Shown one piece after another: positions 61,901 through 64,000 of a DNA stretch of 64,000 bases. Within the stretch, counting starts at the first letter, position 1. The number at the start of each line of letters is the position of its first letter. Both the position numbers and the translations under genes were made by a program. The notes under the pieces were generated by a model. That model had not been told where the DNA came from and made no database searches. It saw nothing but the letters and a program-made list of their open reading frames with translations. The stretch comes from Toensbergia leucococca. Lineage: Eukaryota. The DNA lies in NCBI GenBank assembly GCA_022813965.1, contig JALDZS010000011.1:62001-126000 (forward strand). The letters run 5' to 3'.

Positions 61901-63892
61901 CTTGAGAGATGGTGGTGGTTTAGCATTGTTGAATTCTTCCGGCTCCAGGTCAGGATACCCTCCGCTTGTCACTAGTAAAGGCATGATGAAAGGATGCCCA
62001 GCCCGAACACATGTCTGAGCATGTCCTTTCCCCAATCTTGTGGGCTGGAATAGAGTCATCTCACCAAAAGCGAAATCAGTGCCTCGACGGATCAAACCAC
62101 TCCATACAGCAGCAATTGCTAGCGATACATCCATGTCATGAAGCTTGCTAGGTTCGCCGGTTTTGTGCCAATTACTTTCTGCACCTAACCCGTCATAGAT
62201 GTTTTGAGTAGATGTTCGATAGTGCCTTAGACGTGCTTTAAAATTATCCTCCCAGGACTTGGTAGAGGCAACTTCTTCGGGTTCTATTTCACTTGACCCT
62301 CTGACTTTTGGTTCGTTCTCATTGAGCCCTTTGTCATTTGGGTTGCTCTTTTTAGATTTATCCTTTTCAAATCCTGTTTCTTTGGGTTCGCTTTCTTTGT
62401 TCGGTTTGTCGTTTAGTTTCTGATTGAAAGTATCACTTATTTTCACTGTTATTTCAATCACTTCAGCCGTGCGAGCTCTCTTGGAGCGTTTGGCTGAGCG
62501 AATGTGCTTGGTAGAGGCGCGTGCTTTCATCCATTTGTCGAAGACACCTTTTAGGGGGCTTTCCAGACTGAATTGACCAAAGTCTTTCTGGGGCGGGGTT
62601 TTTCGAGGATCTTTGCTTGGACCAACCGAAGGTGAACGATCATGAGATTTATGAGAGCCTATACATGTTTCAGTTATTCAGCACCGTGGATATCTAAAAG
62701 AAGTCAAGTATTTTGTACCCTCGTTTGTCTTTTGTTTCTTTGAAGGTGGCCCTTCACGGCCCAAGTTCTCGCAACCAGGTATGTCTTCGGATCGCCCATG
62801 TTTCTACTCCAGTCTTTAGTAGATAATTCTCACTTTCTTTTAATCATTGCGTCCTACCGTTGAGATCCTTCCCGGGACGTATTCCATCCCTGCGGGTCTC
62901 CGCCACCAGAAAAAGGGAGTATCTCCGAGTTCAATTGTTGCAAAGTCTGGCAAAGGCCCAACAACCGTGTTTGGCTCAATTTCCCTTCCATTGACCACCA
63001 AAGGAGCTCTGTCTGTACTCAAAAGGAAATAACCAACTCCACGAGTGCTTTGTCGAATCGCCTGCACAGTGCTTTGGACCCGAGGCTCTAGGCGGCGAAT
63101 GTCTAGATTTCTTGTCACACAAAACACTGGTATTCTCCGATTTGCCGGCCGCCTCCTCTGTCCTACTTCAGTAATATTTCTACCGGCATTAGCTGCACTA
63201 CCTCTATCAACTCCATTTGGATTGGATGCTCACAAAGAAAGTATGCAGTCACGGTCAATCCAATCAAATTGAATAGGGCTTGGCACGCCTCCTTCATCAT
63301 CAGAGTCGACGTAAGAAGAGTCTTTGGATGCACCCCTTCCAGACTGAAGCCAGCACAGTACGCCAACCTCACCATTGTTGCGAAAACGAGCATTTTGCAA
63401 CGCCAGTGTCCTAAGTTTGTCTTTGTTGTTTCCTTTTGAATCTTCCTCCGCAACTATATTGAATATATCACGAAAGTTTCTGAAATTTCTTCCATTAACG
63501 AGACCTATCAGCTCGTCGTATTTTCCCCCAAACCCAAGATTTGCAAGAGGAGATGGAATTGGCGCTTGTTGTAAAACGTACTGAAATCGAATATTTTCAT
63601 CGAGTTGACAAAGAGTCGGCAAGCTTGCAGTATCCCAGGAATTCAAAATCTCGTTTCCTGTTTCAGAGGGTTGGGCCACAGGCGGATTACTTGGATTCGT
63701 AATTTGATCAATCGAAGCGGTGGGGTTTTCTGGAGATTCTATTGGGGTAGCCTCCTCAAAATGATCATCTTTCTCCATTTTTTTTCGAGAGAGTCTTGAA
63801 AAATATTTGCTCAAGATTCCAGTGGACGGGGTGATGTTTGATACTCGAGAGATTGCGACTGCGCTTCGAATGGAACCAGGCATTCTCGCCAT
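58994..63892 (-). CDS. ~1,576-aa protein: N-terminal region, FHA-like segment and three tandem Ulp1/CE-clan-like cysteine-protease domains
   Basis: Exons 63892-63234, 63179-62858, 62803-62719 and 62658-58994 sum to 4731 nt (1577 codons) with phase-compatible GT-AG introns. The motif series AIA.VW.GL / H.vlAIA / MDS / Q..N.CG.HVILNAWSYML.IP occurs three times. Confidence 0.75.
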
Positions 63893-64000
63893 ATTTTTGC
63901 ACCACCAGCTTACATGAAAGACCAGAATGCTTTGTGCTAGCCGCCATGGTGTCCGCGAACGGCGCTGTCATTGTGTACTAAAGTGTGGCACAAAGGAAAG

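Noticed and set aside
1..64000. Starship or other giant transposon carrying the NLR/HET cargo
   Set aside because: No tyrosine-recombinase captain or element boundary is visible, and core genes (PPH3, COA2-like) are interspersed.

Overview
This is a eukaryotic, intron-rich window from a filamentous ascomycete (Pezizomycotina; a finer placement is not supportable from sequence alone). It holds about 22 intact protein-coding genes plus several pseudogenes. Ordinary genes include a PP4/Pph3 phosphatase, a COA2-like protein, an amidohydrolase, two methyltransferase-like genes, an FSH1 esterase, a LITAF protein, a hemerythrin-like protein, two Pth11-like receptors, a CFEM protein and a large cell-wall protein. 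Mixed among them is an accessory set that looks like defence or cell-death machinery. The highlights are: (1) a NACHT NLR-like gene whose spliced C-terminus carries two C2H2 fingers, 43-aa Som1-like repeats and a Set3/4-like PHD finger, arranged head-to-head (581 bp apart) with an intact SNF2/Rad5-16-like helicase; (2) a ~1,576-aa gene with an FHA-like segment and three tandem Ulp1/CE-clan-like cysteine-protease domains, the first catalytically dead; (3) a tandem array of five small 'MC-x8-C-x-H...CxxC' putative zinc-binding proteins in various states of decay, mostly missed or mis-started by the ORF track; (4) C-to-T hypermutation footprints, namely CGA>TGA stops at probable Arg codons and CpG deserts; (5) a HET gene behind a caspase-like pseudogene, a lysozyme-like secreted protein, a 10-Cys secreted peptide and several inverted-repeat elements. 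I saw no rRNA, tRNA or CRISPR. All family assignments come from motif recognition by eye, not database searches, and exon models are manual.
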